This document shows, piece after piece, positions 52,194-60,586 of a DNA stretch of 64,000 nt (positions are counted from its first letter, which is position 1; each line of letters starts with the position of its first letter). The DNA lies in NCBI GenBank assembly GCA_963824345.1, contig CAWGOZ010000004.1, positions 114,199-178,198 of the forward strand, read 5' to 3'. A program made the position numbers and the translations under genes. Below the pieces are notes generated by a model. The model was not told the origin of the DNA, did not search any database, and saw only the letters and a list, made by a program, of their open reading frames with translations. The stretch is from Bryobacterales bacterium (lineage in GTDB: Bacteria > Acidobacteriota > Terriglobia > Bryobacterales > Bryobacteraceae).

Positions 52194-52423
52194 TTTGGCT
52201 CGGCAAACCCTCGGCGGTCTCCTTCTCAGAGAGCGGTGGCGCATTAATAAGGACAGGGACCAGGGCGGTTGGAGTTAAATAACGCAAAATAGCGCGAACT
52301 CGGAGCCCAAGTCGTAGGCGGGTTGGGTCCGGACCTGGCTCCGGACTCCGGCAAGTGGCTGTGACGTTGAGGGTTGGGGATGCCAGGGGCGGCCACCGCA
52401 CAGGTGTGAGCACGCGAGGTCCC

Positions 52424-52495
52424 GCGTCATCCCCGCGTTATTTTTGCGTTATTTTTTGCGTTATTCCGCGTCACGTTTGCGTCATCCCCGCGTTT
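52424..52495. repeat. seven helically phased GCGTYW hexamers (iteron-like array)
   Basis: GCGT starts at 52424, 52435, 52446, 52458, 52468, 52479 and 52490 (spacings 11, 11, 12, 10, 11, 11). Includes a 16-nt perfect direct repeat GCGTCATCCCCGCGTT at 52424 and 52479. An inverted copy AATAACGCAAA lies at 52278-52288. Confidence 0.8.
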
Positions 52496-52592
52496 CTCCC
52501 GACTTGCCTTCCGCCTGGCAATCGAGCGTTCATGAACAGTGAGGTAAACACCGGGAGCGGGTTGAACCTCCCCGGTCGTGAGAGAGGAATCT

Positions 52593-53072
52593 ATGAACGA
52601 AGAGCTCAGGAAAGAGATCGAACAACTGCGGCGCCAGAAGCCCAAGGCGCTAAAGTTGCGTTACCAGCAACTATTCGGCGAGGCATCGAAATCCTCGAAT
52701 CAGGCCCACCTGTTCCGGCGCATCGCGTGGCGGTTGCAGGCATTGTCGGAAGGTGACTTGAGCCAGCGGGCGCGTGAGCGCGCCGCAGCATTGGCCGTGG
52801 ATGTCGATCTGCGGTTGCGAGCGCCGCGCAAGTTTTGGCGGGATTTGGAGGCCGAGTCGCGAGGACCGGTTCGCGATCCGCGTCTCCCTGCGGAAGGAAC
52901 AATCCTTCAGCGGCAGTATCGAGAGCAGACCATTGTCGTGAAGATCCTGGCGGATAGTTTCGAATACGATGGCAGGACGTATGAATCGCTCAGTTCGATT
53001 GCGTCTTCGGTGACGGGAACACGGTGGAACGGGTTCTCCTTCTTTGGGTTGAACAAGAAGGGTGCGGCATGA
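52593..53072 (+). CDS. DUF2924 domain protein (recombinase-associated)
   Basis: 'LKLRYQQLFGEASKSSNQAHLFRRIAWRLQALSEGDLS' and 'FEYDGRTYESLSSIASSVTGTRWNGFSFFGL'; ATGA overlap with the recombinase start. Confidence 0.75.
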   Translation: MNEELRKEIEQLRRQKPKALKLRYQQLFGEASKSSNQAHLFRRIAWRLQALSEGDLSQRARERAAALAVDVDLRLRAPRKFWRDLEAESRGPVRDPRLPAEGTILQRQYREQTIVVKILADSFEYDGRTYESLSSIASSVTGTRWNGFSFFGLNKKGAA

Positions 53073-54160
53073 CGGAAACGCGTCCGCTGCGTTGCGCCAT
53101 CTACACCCGGAAGTCAACCGAAGAAGGACTGGATCAAGCTTTTAATTCCTTGCAGGCACAACGGGAGTCTGGAGAAGCCTATATCCTAAGCCAGCAAGCG
53201 CGCGGCTGGTCCCTGGTGCCGGAGCAATATAACGATGGCGGCTTCAGCGGCTCGCACCTGGAACGGCCCGCCCTGCAACGGCTTCTCAACGATCTCCAGT
53301 CGGGCCGGATCGATTGCGTGTTGGTTTATAAAGTTGACCGGCTGAGCCGGTCGCTGCTCGACTTCGCACGGCTCATGGAACGGTTCGATCGAACCGGCGT
53401 GAGCTTTGTATCGGTGACCCAGGAGTTTAACACCACCACATCGATGGGTCGTCTGACACTGAATATTTTGTTATCCTTCGCTCAGTTCGAGCGCGAAGTT
53501 ACCGGCGAACGAACGCGCGACAAACAATCGGCGGCGCGGCGCAAGGGCAAGTGGATCGGCGGCTGGCCGGTCCTGGGTTACGACCTGGATCCCCAGGGCG
53601 GGCGCCTGGTGGTGAATCCCGCCGAAGCCGAGCGGGTACGCGAGATCTATCGCATGGCCGCCGATGCATCCAGCCTCGAAGCCCTCGTGGCGCAAATTGC
53701 CGCTCGCGGGTTTCTGACGAAAGCTTGGACCAACAAAGCGGGAAAACCGCACCTGGCAAGAGCCTTCAGCCGGATGACGCTCCGATTGCTGTTGTCGAAC
53801 GTCCTCTATAAAGGTTCGGTCTCCCACAAGGGAACCATCTACCCAGGCGAGCAGGAACGGATTGTCGGCGAAGAAGTATGGGACAAGGTCCAAGCGCAGC
53901 TGGAGCTTCGCAGCGCAGGACAGCGCGGAAAGGTTCACGGTCCACAGCTTGCGCCACTCGCGGGTCTGCTGTATTGCACCGAATGCGGCAGCGCGATGCG
54001 GCCCACCTTTACGACGCGGCACGGGCGGCGCTACCGGTATTACTCTTGCCAGGCAGCGCGGCGGAAACAAAACAAGCCTTGCTCTCAGAACCCGGCCGGA
54101 GCGAAGGGCCTGGAGCATTCTCTGCTCCGGAATCTGGAACCGGGCTCGGAACGGGATTGA
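53069..54160 (+). CDS. large serine recombinase, C-terminally truncated/frameshifted
   Basis: Catalytic 'CAIYTRKSTEEG...SLQAQRE', 'VLVYKVDRLSRSL', 'SFAQFEREVTGERTRDK', recombinase domain and Zn ribbon 'CTECGSAM...YYSC'. The tail-like 'WEAVLPSLRRLDYNANTQRVSIAFQDG' is in another frame after 54158. Confidence 0.8.
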   Translation: MTETRPLRCAIYTRKSTEEGLDQAFNSLQAQRESGEAYILSQQARGWSLVPEQYNDGGFSGSHLERPALQRLLNDLQSGRIDCVLVYKVDRLSRSLLDFARLMERFDRTGVSFVSVTQEFNTTTSMGRLTLNILLSFAQFEREVTGERTRDKQSAARRKGKWIGGWPVLGYDLDPQGGRLVVNPAEAERVREIYRMAADASSLEALVAQIAARGFLTKAWTNKAGKPHLARAFSRMTLRLLLSNVLYKGSVSHKGTIYPGEQERIVGEEVWDKVQAQLELRSAGQRGKVHGPQLAPLAGLLYCTECGSAMRPTFTTRHGRRYRYYSCQAARRKQNKPCSQNPAGAKGLEHSLLRNLEPGSERD

Positions 54161-54249
54161 ACTGGGAAGCCGTTCTTCCCTCGCTACGGCGCTTGGACTA
54201 TAACGCCAACACGCAACGGGTTTCCATTGCGTTCCAGGACGGGACGCGC

Positions 54250-54687
54250 ATGGAACAGACGCTAGCCACCCTCCCTCGGCCGGGTTCGACAACCGATGCC
54301 GCGGACAAAAGCGCCGGCGGACGCGTCCCGCGTGTCAGCCGGCTGTTGGCGCTGGCCATCAAGTTCGAACGGTTGGTTCGCGAAGGAGCGGTGCGCAACT
54401 ACCGGGAACTCGCCGAGGCGGGCCAGATCAGCCGTGCGAGGATGTCGCAGATCATGCACCTTTCCGACCTGGCGCCGGAGATCCAAGAGGAACTATTGTT
54501 CTTGCCAAAAACGGTTGCGGGTCCGGATCGATTCACCGAAAAAAGCTTGCGGCAGGTGGCCCGATCCATCGATTGGGAGTTGCAGAAAAAGCAGTTTCGA
54601 GCCCTTGGGAAGCAAACGCGCGAAGCAGCCCCGTTGCCTACCAATGAAGCGAAAGAAGCGTACGACGTGAGGCGAGCGTCCTCATAA
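54250..54687 (+). CDS. HTH-containing module normally forming or following the recombinase C-terminus
   Basis: 'RVSRLLALAIKFERLVREGAVRNYRELAEAGQISRARMSQIMHLSDLAPEIQEELLFLP'. The start is uncertain and it may be the displaced C-terminus of the recombinase. Confidence 0.45.
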   Translation: MEQTLATLPRPGSTTDAADKSAGGRVPRVSRLLALAIKFERLVREGAVRNYRELAEAGQISRARMSQIMHLSDLAPEIQEELLFLPKTVAGPDRFTEKSLRQVARSIDWELQKKQFRALGKQTREAAPLPTNEAKEAYDVRRASS

Positions 54688-54942
54688 ACCTGGTAACCGT
54701 GCGATTTGCAATGCGGCCTCACAAGGCCGAACAACAAGGAACCTGAGCCGCGCGAGCCGTGTTGAGACCTCCAGCGGGCGCGCTTCAATGAGTTGCTGGC
54801 CTCACGCGACTGATTTGCAAGGCATCGCCGTTTCTTCACCAAGGTTTCCGAAACACGCCAGTATTTCCTTGCAATCCAGGGGACACCGAGCGATGAATGT
54901 CATGACCGCGGCAGCTTGCCGCCAAAGGAAAACAACATACAC

Positions 54943-55299
54943 ATGACACCCTCGAACAAATCCGCTGCCGCCCCGCCGGCGACGGCCGATACCAAACCAT
55001 CTCGCGCCCCCAAGCGCGCACAGGCCGACAGGATAGCCCGCGTCAGCAAGAAGGCGAAACCTGCCGTGGCCGCCAAGAAGGCCGCTACGCCCGAGCGTAG
55101 CACCAAGACAGCCAAAATCCTGGCCCTTCTCGAGCGCACTGGCGGCGCTTCCCTGGAGCAACTGCGCAAAGCCACTGGCTGGCAGGCTCACTCGGTGCGC
55201 GGTTTCTTGAGCGGAACGCTCAAAAAGAAGATGGGCCTGCGCGTCGCTTCATCCAAATTGCAGGGCGGCCAGCGCACCTACCGCATCGTCTCCAACTAA
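54943..55299 (+). CDS. DUF3489 domain protein
   Basis: Lys/Ala/Pro-rich N-terminus, then 'SKTAKILALLERTGGASLEQLRKATGWQAHSVRGFLSGTLKKKMGLRVASSKLQGGQRTYRI'. Confidence 0.75.
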   Translation: MTPSNKSAAAPPATADTKPSRAPKRAQADRIARVSKKAKPAVAAKKAATPERSTKTAKILALLERTGGASLEQLRKATGWQAHSVRGFLSGTLKKKMGLRVASSKLQGGQRTYRIVSN

Positions 55300-55309
55300 T
55301 TCCTTACGG

Positions 55310-55345
55310 CGCCGCCGAGACTTTACTAAGTCCGGCGGCGTTTTT
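55310..55345 (+). terminator. rho-independent terminator after DUF3489
   Basis: 8-bp GC stem CGCCGCCG / CGGCGGCG with a 15-nt loop, followed by TTTTT. Confidence 0.45.
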
Positions 55346-55733
55346 CTGTTTGCGGCCTTCATTCACCAAAGCTGGCTGCCGGCGTTGGCCGCGAAGGTTA
55401 GCTGGGATGAGTCTATCCGTGTGAGGATGATGGCCGGCGACTAGGGACTGACGCGGACTACCATGACCATGAAGCCGATCCGGTGTTTATTCCAGCCCCC
55501 CACCCAACAGACCTGCCAATCACCGAAGCGCGAGCCGAGCGTCACTGCGGTTTGCAGACGAAGGAACTTGGTTTCCAATTGCATGTGTTTTTACGGTCAT
55601 CACATGACTCACTCGTTTGCCTGCCACAGTCAAGTCCTTGCCGTCCTCTCTGCTTGGTAGCCGTCATCAAGGTTGGAATCGGCGCAGGAAGCGCGGCGCG
55701 TTGCGACTTGCTTTCCTTCGGATAAATCAGCCT

Positions 55734-56006
55734 ATGCTGTCGCACATGCCCAGAACACGTTCCCAGCGGAAAGCTCCCGCGCTCAAGACTGGCTTTCGGC
55801 CGGGCCACAGCGGCGCCTGCGAAGCCCGCTTGTATCAGTTCACCGGCCCTGCGGATGGTGCAGGCGAACCGCCCGTGAAACGCGTGGCCGCCTGCGATGT
55901 ACACCAGGCCATCGCCCACATGCGCAAATGGCATCCCGGCCTCGACATCCTGCGCGTCGAGCTAGTCGCACTCATCGAAATGGTGTCCGGCTCCCCGCTC
56001 AACTAG
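55734..56006 (+). CDS. hypothetical small protein
   Basis: Coding-like ORF 'MLSHMPRTRSQRK...RLYQFTGPADGAGEPPVKRVAACDVHQAIAHMRKWHPGLDILRVELVALIEMVSG'. No family recognised. Confidence 0.35.
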   Translation: MLSHMPRTRSQRKAPALKTGFRPGHSGACEARLYQFTGPADGAGEPPVKRVAACDVHQAIAHMRKWHPGLDILRVELVALIEMVSGSPLN

Positions 56007-56155
56007 ATCGATCCTCCTCGAATACCTTGGAGCTCGTCGTACTGAGAGTACCCTGGCTAAACCACCAAACTTGATTTCCTCGTGTACAATTTAACAGCAG
56101 AACACTGGAATACCCCCAAAACCGGCTTTCCCATCCCAAGAAAGCAGGCTGGGCT

Positions 56156-56216
56156 GTTAACCGATGGGTTGTAGGTTCGAGTAAGGCTCGAGGAGCCAAT
56201 TTTTTCATTGTCCGGC
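56156..56216 (+). repeat. tRNA-3'-end-like direct repeat, copy 1
   Basis: Contains GTAGGTTCGAGT (T-arm-like) and GGAGCCA, then AATTTTTTCAT. Hand alignment with 59256-59315 gives 51/61 identical positions. Confidence 0.7.
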
Positions 56217-56221
56217 AGCAA

Positions 56222-56410
56222 ATGGCATCCCGGCCAATCGACCTTGGCGCGGTCAACGTTTTTGTCGGCGGGAATAATGCCGGCAAGAGTAGCTTGATTC
56301 AAGGGCTTCATTTTTCCGATATCGACTGCGGCTCCGATAGCGCACCCTTCGGGCCCGAACGCGAAACCGACGGCAGTCGCTTCCTCAAGACATTCACCGT
56401 CGGAGGATAA
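56222..56410 (+). pseudogene. N-terminal stub of an OLD/ABC-type AAA ATPase
   Basis: 'IDLGAVNVFVGGNNAGKSSLIQGLHF' is the Walker A region of AAA_15/21-type ATPases. The ORF stops after 62 aa with no continuation in any frame. Confidence 0.45.
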
Positions 56411-56606
56411 GCCTCCGCCTCAGTCAATGTGGCCACGCCTTCGGCCCAGGAAAAACAGGGTCGAAATCCTGCTCGGAAATACTAGGTGGCCAAAGTCGGC
56501 ATCGGGGTCCAAACGCATGCAGAAGCGCCCGCCGCCTGAGCCGTTGCCATCTCGTATGGTCAAATAACTCAAATGACGGGTAGCCAGAGTAAGATGGTCA
56601 GTCGGC

Positions 56607-56765
56607 ATGAAGAACAAGAAGTGGGTGCGACTGCTAGCGTACGTGACGGGATCGGTGAACCAGGAGCTTCTCCTGCAAAATGAATATCTGGCCGCGGAGA
56701 ATCGTATTCTGAGGGCGAAGCTGCCATCCCAACAGCGCGGCCATCCTTTCCGCGCCTGCATTTGA
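56607..56765 (+). pseudogene. N-terminal stub of an rve-type (integrase core) transposase
   Basis: 'WVRLLAYVTGSVNQELLLQNEYLAAENRILRAKLP' matches a widespread transposase N-terminus. It diverges after 'KLP' and stops. Confidence 0.5.
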
Positions 56766-56885
56766 GAAATGAACAAAATCGGCGAAGTACCGAGGTCCGG
56801 GCGGCACCACCCGGGCCGCGTCCGCAAGCACCGCTCCATGCTCCCGTGCCACGTCGCGAACGGCCTCATTCATCCTGAGCTCCAT
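56709..56885 (-). pseudogene. C-terminal stub of an SGNH/GDSL hydrolase
   Basis: 'NEAVRDVAREHGAVLADAA.......YFADFVHFSNAGAERMAALL' resembles block V (D-x-x-H) of SGNH hydrolases. It abuts the transposase stub. Confidence 0.3.
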
Positions 56886-56980
56886 ATCCAGAAAGCCGCC
56901 CTCTTTGAGCCCCGACTGCTTTATCCGGCGCGTGCGTCACTTGAGACAATGGGAAGTCCCGCGACTCAGAGCGTCTTCGG

Positions 56981-57751
56981 ATGCCAATAGATGATCCCAT
57001 TTCTGCGATTCAAGCCCTGAACGAGAGCGATGACCGCCAGCGATCTCCCGTCCACCGTTTCGCCAAACCCTTTTTAGAAGTAATAGGGCTGTTCTCCCCT
57101 GGAAGTGAACTCACACTGAGAGGGATATCAGCCGTATTTGATTGGTTGGATCAGCAAGCGAGAGACAAGCTGTCAGAGCTTGTCGGGGTTCTCGCGGACG
57201 AGCTGAAGTACCGTGGGACTCAGATCCAACAACTGATAAAGGAGAGCGAACAGCACCGTAAGTTTGTGGCCGAGGACCTACCCCCCCTTGTGCTGGATGC
57301 CCTGCGAAGGGCCGAGGGCGTCAGGGCCAAGGATCGAATCAAGCGACTGGCAAGAGTATTGGTCCGTGCAGCGGAGATCGGTGGTGGACAGGATCGAGCG
57401 GATTATGTGGAGGAGATGCTCCGCATCGCGACTGAATTGAGCGAGCGGGAAGTGGTAGTTTTGCGCGAAATTGTTGAAGTGCAGGCCCCACTGATCCGTA
57501 AAGATCTAGGGCGAGTCACGCCCCACGTTGCGCATGATTGGATGCCCCAAATTATCGCTTCGCTTAAGGGACCGGGCTTCCTACAGGGTGAGATCGATAG
57601 CATCTGTGCCAAGCTGGAGAGTTTTGGACTGGTTACTAAGACCGAGCGCAACGTCAACCTGATCTCTGACAACCCCACACCTTATGCGCTTCTTCAGAAG
57701 GGCGTGGACTTTATCGACTACATCAGGTCTGAATCGCAGACCTCGGCCTGA
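56981..57751 (+). CDS. orphan 256-aa protein, helical, unknown function
   Basis: Intact ORF. Hand counts of 57001-57100 and 57101-57200 give 54 and 53 G+C per 100 nt, against 58 for 30001-30100. Has a coiled-coil-like middle and a winged-helix-like C-terminal half ('LSEREVVVLREIVEV', 'LESFGLVTKTE'). Confidence 0.6.
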   Translation: MPIDDPISAIQALNESDDRQRSPVHRFAKPFLEVIGLFSPGSELTLRGISAVFDWLDQQARDKLSELVGVLADELKYRGTQIQQLIKESEQHRKFVAEDLPPLVLDALRRAEGVRAKDRIKRLARVLVRAAEIGGGQDRADYVEEMLRIATELSEREVVVLREIVEVQAPLIRKDLGRVTPHVAHDWMPQIIASLKGPGFLQGEIDSICAKLESFGLVTKTERNVNLISDNPTPYALLQKGVDFIDYIRSESQTSA

Positions 57752-57911
57752 ACATCCCAGGATCATCGCACTTTGCACGGCCAGCGCGTAGCCCAAGCGC
57801 GCTATCGTCGCGGCAAATCGTGAGCCATAAGCCGGTTTCCGCCGATGTTGTTGGTTATAAGGAGTTATAACACGCTAGAAGCGGGGCCGGTCCGCGCGCT
57901 TCGCCAAGGCG

Positions 57912-58208
57912 ATGGAAATCTTCGAGGCCGGCATCGATGACGTGCTGAGCTATTTGCATTATCCACAGCCGCACCGCACTCGAATCAGCTCCACCAATCC
58001 GTTGGAGCGATTAAATCTGGAGATCCGACGCCGTACCCGGGTAGTCGGCATCTTCCCGAACGGCGCGGCGTGTCTCCGCTTGATCGGGATGCTGCTGGTG
58101 GAGAAGAACGACGATTGGCTCACCGACGATAAAGCGTATCTGACGTTCGACGATGCACCGGCCGAGGAGTCTGCCGCGAAGGTCGTCTCGATGGTTGCCG
58201 GCCAATAA
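57912..58208 (+). pseudogene. C-terminal fragment of an IS256-family (Mutator-like) transposase
   Basis: 'ISSTNPLERLNLEIRRRTRVVGIFPNGAACLRLIGMLLVEKNDDW' is the conserved IS256 tail. The catalytic part is absent. Confidence 0.7.
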
Positions 58209-58321
58209 AGGAAGGAGGCTCTTTTTTATACGAGGGCTTTGCCCTCGCGCTCCCAGGATTTATCGCTTTCGCGCCAGAATGGCTCCCGGTGCGGGGCGGC
58301 TTGCGCCGCCCTCGCCATTCC

Positions 58322-58374
58322 GGCCTCTGAGTCGGCGCTCCGGTCGCTTCCCAGCGTTGCCGTGTCCTCCGCTC
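58322..58374 (+). repeat. 53-nt repeat, copy X (inverted partner at 60809-60861)
   Basis: Hand alignment of X with the reverse complement of 60809-60861 gives 46/53 identical. A partial third copy, GGCCTCTGGAGTCGGCG, lies at 58396-58412. Confidence 0.75.
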
Positions 58375-58440
58375 AGGTACCCGCATCTTAAACCCGGCCT
58401 CTGGAGTCGGCGGCGAATTTACACTCTTCTATTGACACGG

Positions 58441-58532
58441 GCCGCGTCTTCGATGGGTACGATCTGATCCGCGTCTCCGTGGATGAAGAGAGTCGGAACA
58501 TCGATCTTCTTTAGATCCTCTGTGGAGTCGTC
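58441..58532 (-). pseudogene. C-terminal stub of an alpha/beta hydrolase
   Basis: '[26 protein letters not shown]' is the typical region preceding the catalytic Asp/His. Confidence 0.35.
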
Positions 58533-58559
58533 TTCAGAAACGTCCCTCGAAACGGCGTA

Positions 58560-58826
58560 CAACTAAGCCTTCCGCCACACAGCCGAACACCAAAGCCAAA
58601 CCGGCCAAGCCAACGATCCCGCGCCGGCGCGGCTCCAAGACCGCCAAGATCCTGGCCCTTCTCAAACGGCCGCCGCTTCGCTGCCGCACTGCAAAAGGCC
58701 ACCGACTGGCAGGCTCACTCGGTGCGCGGCTTCCTCAGCGGAGCAGTCAAGAAGAAAATGGGCCTGCTCGTCATCTCCGCCAAACTTGCCGACGGTACCC
58801 GCTCCTATCGCGTCTCCTCCAAGTAA
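58560..58826 (+). pseudogene. second, frameshifted DUF3489 copy
   Basis: 'SKTAKILALLKR' in one frame and 'AALQKATDWQAHSVRGFLSGAVKKKMGLLVISAKLADGTRSYRVSSK*' in another, with an indel near 58670. Followed by its own terminator-like hairpin. Confidence 0.6.
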
Positions 58827-58833
58827 GTCCTCC

Positions 58834-58873
58834 GCGCCGCCAAGCCTATCTCGGGCTGGCGGCGCTTCTTGTT
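58834..58873 (+). terminator. terminator-like hairpin after the DUF3489 pseudogene
   Basis: 9-bp stem GCGCCGCCA / TGGCGGCGC with a 14-nt loop, then TTCTTGTT. Confidence 0.4.
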
Positions 58874-59255
58874 CGTTGCACCCTCATCGAAAAGGAGAAC
58901 GCTTATGTAGCAAACATATTTGCTCGACGGCGCGGAGTGGAGAGCCTTTCGACTATTTCTGATTGATTTAGAAGACCGCGAGCTCGACCGCATCCATCGC
59001 CAACTACTCCGCGAAGCTGCCGCATACCAAGAGCGCGCGCGACATCATGCGACTGTTTTTCAGCTCCCTCGAGGCGGCCGACCTGGAGGCCCCTCAAAAG
59101 ACCATTCTCGCGGAGCGGCGCGCTCGAGCACAGGATCGGCGGATTTCGGGTCGGGCGGGTAACGCTTCCAGCCAGCATCGGCCTATTATTTAACAGCGTT
59201 CCTGTGTACTCCCTCCGCATCACCACTACAGCTAGCGCTACCGTTGACAAATGTC

Positions 59256-59315
59256 GTTAACCGAAGGGGCGTAGGTTCAAGTCCTGCTTGCGGAGCCAAT
59301 TTTTTCATGTCCGGC
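59256..59315 (+). repeat. tRNA-3'-end-like direct repeat, copy 2
   Basis: GTAGG-TTCAAGT-CCTGC T-arm (one G-U pair) + TTGCGGA + G + CCA, then AATTTTTTCAT. No D-arm or anticodon arm upstream. Confidence 0.7.
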
Positions 59316-59341
59316 CCGGACACATAGGAAACAGAATGTAC

Positions 59342-60430
59342 CTAAGACATAGGTAACACTTTTGGCCCGAAGGGATTGAGTAAGGGCTGCAAAGTTTTTT
59401 CCTCCAGATCGATATAACCGAGGTCGTATTGCATGAAGCTGACGAGCCAGATGCCGTCGTCGACTTCCTTGATGCCGACCGCCTGGCCAGCCAGGCAAGT
59501 GCTGAGGTTGATTTTCTTGCGATATAGACACAGGCGGCCGCAGTGGGTGATGACGACGGTCTTGTCGTGGAACGGGTAGTGCGGCTCGCCGATGCCATGA
59601 TAAGGGCGGCAGGAAGAAGTATAGACCTCCGCCGGGCACTTCATGTCGAGCGCCTGGTGCGGGCGCTCGTTGTTGAACTCTTCGATGAAGGCGTCGAACT
59701 TGGCTTGCTGCTGGAGCAGATTGGCGCCGGCGGGCCGAGTGGCTTCTTTCTTCAAGGTCAAGTGCATGCGCTCATGGCGGCCGTTCTGCTGCGGATGACC
59801 GGGACGGATGCGTTCGATGCTAATGCCCAGACGCAGCCACCAGACCGAGAGCCTGGAGAGATTGAAAAGCCCGTTGGGCGAAGCGAAAGGAACGCCGTTA
59901 TCGGAACGGATCGCTTGCGGTAAACCACGTTCTTTGAAAAGGCGCTCAAAGGCAGTAAAAGCGGTCTTTTCGGCATTGGATTCCAGGGCCTCGCACAGCA
60001 GCAAATAGCGCGAAGCGTGATCGGTGACCGTGAGTGGATAACAGTAGCGCCGGTCGCCGAGCATGAACTCGCCCTTATAGTCGGTGCACCACAGTGCGTT
60101 CGGTTGTAAACCCTCTGAAAGAGGCGTCCCTTCGGTATGGGTGCGCGATCGCCTGGCGCGGGTCACTAACCCATGACGATCCAGGATGGCGTGAATCGTG
60201 CTGCGTGCCGGAACCTTCACTTCGCTCGGCAGCCGTCTGAGGAGGCGCTCCCGGATCTTGCGGGCGCCCCAATTGGGTTTCTCGTGCTTGGCCGCTACGA
60301 TGGCCGCTTCGATTTGCTCGGGCAGTTGGTTGGCATAGCGATGGGGGCGCCTGGCACGATCCGTGAGCCCCTCCAACCCGCATTCTTCATAGCGCTCGAA
60401 GATCTTGTAGCCGGTCTTGCGAGAGATCTG
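59342..60430 (-). mobile_element. IS481-family transposase gene, 5'-truncated
   Basis: 'ISRKTGYKIFERYEECGLEGLTDRARRPH', 'WCTDYKGEF', 'IRSDNGVPFAS', 'PGHPQQNGRHERMH' (DDE/rve core). About 30 N-terminal residues are replaced by unrelated sequence at about 60430. Confidence 0.8.
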
Positions 60431-60586
60431 AAACTCGCCGATCATCTGAAAATCGAGAAATTCCATTTGGTCGGCACGGCGGGTGGCGGGTTCGTAGCAA
60501 TCGATTTCGCGATTTCGTATCCGCAGCGGCTTCGCAGCTTCACGCTGCTTTGCTCCACCGGTGGCATACAAGACCCGGATTACGTG
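60404..60586 (+). pseudogene. internal stub of an alpha/beta hydrolase (nucleophile elbow region)
   Basis: 'LADHLKIEKFHLVGTAGGGFVAIDFAISYPQRLRSFTLL' follows the G-x-S-x-G neighbourhood pattern, with Ala in place of Ser. Confidence 0.4.

Noticed and set aside
52424-52495. CRISPR-like or tandem-repeat array
   Set aside because: The units are 6-16 nt with an 11-nt period and no spacers of CRISPR size, and no cas genes are present. It is better read as a protein-binding array.
55999-56286. Minus-strand ORFs starting 'MKKLAP...' at both tRNA-like repeats (possible duplicated lipoprotein start)
   Set aside because: The peptides ('LAPRALLEPTTHRLT', 'LAPQAGLEPTPLRLT') are the characteristic translation of reverse-complemented tRNA T-arm/acceptor sequence, not a real signal peptide.
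59214-59298. Possible 85-nt class II tRNA gene ending in the T-arm/acceptor/CCA of repeat copy 2
   Set aside because: A 6/7-bp acceptor pairing (TCCGCAT/TTGCGGA) can be drawn. However, positions 8-48 give no D-stem, no GG in a D-loop and no anticodon stem-loop. I treat it as a 3'-end remnant only; a covariance-model scan would settle it.
58441-60586. The two alpha/beta-hydrolase stubs being halves of one gene separated by inversion of 58533-60586
   Set aside because: Orientation would fit, but roughly 70-90 residues (the cap region) would still be missing between them and there is no sequence evidence that they derive from the same gene.
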